Source: Schmidtea nova
Lineage: Eukaryota
Assembly: GCA_044892505.1 (NCBI GenBank)
Contig: CM097883.1
Coordinates: 296,608,001-296,672,000, forward strand
DNA: 64,000 nt
Direction of reading: 5' to 3'
The notes under the pieces are model-generated. The model worked only from the letters and a program-made list of their open reading frames with translations, made no database searches and had not been told where the DNA came from. Positions 61,471 through 64,000 of the stretch are shown here, piece by piece. The position numbers and the translations under genes are program-made. The stretch's first letter is position 1. Each line of letters opens with the position of its first letter.

Positions 61471-62855
61471 TTCGAATCGAAAGATAAAATTGCTTCCACT
61501 CGCAATACAAGCATAAAAAATAAATTTGTTAGACTTCAAAATTTAAATTTATTAATCGCATCTTAAAATTAAGTTGTCAGATTTAAAAACACATTTGGGA
61601 GTACTTAGAATAAAAATGTAAGCATTTGAGCGAATTTTGAATAAATTTTCAATACTGTACTAAATCAAAATAATTTTGTTACTTTTGTAGATGTATTAAT
61701 ACTTGATTTTGATTTGTTGATTCTCGTTACAATTGACAACTCATTACTAACCTATTATTTATATACTGACTTGAGATTAATTAAAGTAATCGCTTAACCT
61801 CATTCTTAAGTAGACATCAAAATAGCTTTGCACGATCAAGGATTCGTGTTATTAAATATTTTATAAAAGGCGATTTATCATCCTTGGCCTTTATTAATCT
61901 AAACATGATAAAATAAAACTCATCAAGATTTTAATTTCATACTATAATCTTATTAAAAGTGAAAAGATATTGATAACATTTTGTTACTCAAAGGTTTATA
62001 GTAATAGTTATTATTGTTAGTTCTACTATCAATCATAAATATTATAAATCAGTAGAAAAAATGTCATTTATTTTACTTTTCTCTATTTATTTCCTTGTCT
62101 ATTTTTTATATTTTTAAATGCCAATTAATTTTGTTTAAATGTTTAAAAATATCATATATATCAGGAATGTCAACTAATTTTTACATATCTACTTTTGTAA
62201 ATACAAATTCTCCGTTATCTAATTTTTCTAAAATTTAGCAAAAGAGAAACTTTTTAAACAACAAAATAAGTAAATAAAAATATAGATTATTGACAGTCAA
62301 ATAAAAATTATTATTCAATCAGCGTTATTGACACCCCTGATATATATATGATAGACAAATGTGACAAAATCGCCGTCGCATCAAGCCTTCTTTTACTTCA
62401 CAAGGCCATTGAGCACGGGATAGATGTAATTTTTATAGTTTTAATTTAAAGTCACAGATATAATACAAATTTTTTTTTTTAAATTTTCAGTTTTATTTTT
62501 AATTTATTTATTTCAAATTGTCTGAAATATAATTTTTATAAAGTAGATTCAAATCTGATAATAAATATTAAACGCCAATTAGTTATGTTTTTAACTTGTT
62601 ATTAAAGAACACATTCAAAAGATGAAATACGACGTAGTTGGAAGAGACTACTCTCTAACTTAATTTAATAGTCTCGAATCATTGTCGTTGAAAGATATTA
62701 TAATGTCAAGAATGGCATGATTGTTTAGTATATTAAATGATCGTAGATTAAGGTAAAATGTTACATAGACCTAACATCAAATCATTACATAACTATTTGT
62801 GGTCATATCTGTACATTTTCTAAAAGCAAATAAAGCTACTGAAATAAATAGTTAA

Positions 62856-63020
62856 CCCCTTTACCATGGAAAAAAATTTGTTGTTATGCAAACCGTGTAT
62901 TGTCCTGGCAAAATAAAATGTTTTTTTAAAAGAAAATGAGTTGTCTTTTAGAAATTGTGAGGAAAATAAGAAGACTTTTACATCTGATAACGAGTTAAAT
63001 CGTGACACACGGTAAAGGGG
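62856..63020. mobile_element. piggyBac-type MITE, 165 bp
   Basis: TTAA|CCCCTTTACCATG...CACGGTAAAGGGG|TTAA. Confidence 0.75.
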
Positions 63021-64000
63021 TTAATAAATAAAATTAAAGTAAATCATGTGAAAACATGCAAAGAGAAGGAAATTGAAAGACAAAGAAAATAATTCAAATT
63101 AAGGGATTTAAATAATAAATGAACGAATTCAAGAAACAGGACAAAGAAATAATGTAAACAAAGATAGAAATAGGTAAATGATAAAAATAAAATAAAATAT
63201 TCAACATAAAATGCAAATTGAATTAAACAAAATAAAATGACCTGTTAAAAATAACTAACTGTTATTGGTTAATTGAAGTGACTTAAATGGAATCAATGTT
63301 AGTTGGTTGATCAGTTCACTCAGAATATTATATAATCACAGCATAAACTTACTTTTGAATGCGTAATTTTATTTTAACAGTTGTAGTTGTTGATCACTTT
63401 TTCATTAGCATTCTATCTATTGTAGTTTCAATGTCATTATAATATTGCATTAGATCAATTTTGAGGGTAATATTGCAACAAATAATAAAAAATAGTAATC
63501 AACCCCTGCATGTTAGAGAAACGATATGAAATCTCAAAGGATATGATTTAGGAAAATTGGATAAATAATTTGAACAGGAAGCCCAGTTACTCAACGAATT
63601 TGAGTATAAAAGTATAACAAGTAATAAAATCTTACAGGTCAGAATAGATACATTTCTCATGGATAAATATCGAAGTGGATGAAAATGTAAATATGATTAG
63701 ATAATAGTTCGGATCAATCGTAATGAACACCACCATCCAGTGAAGGAACACAGTCAGGTTATAGTCAAATGACATAAGAGTCAACAGACGGGAACTTATA
63801 AGGAATTTAGATTTGCTCAGAATATGTCGTAAAATTCAATTTAAGTGAAATTAAGACTTACCAATTTAAATTAATAAATTAACAATTTTGTGATAAATTT
63901 GGAAAAAACTTCAGATGGTCAGCGAATGAGAAAGGAGTTTGCGGTAGTCCCAGTTATCTTATTAATTATCCCACTCCGGCAACAGCCAGTCAAGGAAGAA

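Overview
Very AT-rich eukaryotic (metazoan) genomic scaffold with four N-gaps (4655-5036, 5150-5346, 13538-13672, 24727-24878). It is almost entirely transposon-derived. The only clear conventional host gene is the TM3-TM7 part of a class A neuropeptide-type GPCR (5347-6068). The main structure is a 13,238-bp palindromic element at 32907-46144. It has AGTAGG...CCTACT termini and a perfect 6-bp target-site duplication (ACGGTG), and two ~6.1-kb inverted arms each carry a full-length protein-primed family B DNA polymerase ORF (Polinton/Maverick type). No integrase, ATPase, protease or capsid gene is visible in it. Each polymerase ORF is preceded by a CCAAT/TATA promoter and three short phase-1 exons with 43-44-nt introns that can splice in frame into it. 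The arms converge on a ~145-bp E-box tandem array and a small spacer with its own inverted ends. The element sits inside a deleted MULE-like transposon whose reading frame is restored when it is removed. The window also contains: a third, decayed polB copy; a six-HTH (psq/CENP-B-like) protein gene with decayed paralogs; two Ty3/gypsy remnants (one GC-rich with a TTAGGG insertion); mariner, pogo, hAT, piggyBac and Penelope remnants; solo-LTR-like repeats; several hairpin elements; and a GC-rich orphan coiled-coil ORF. All calls are from reading the sequence by eye; no searches or alignments were run.
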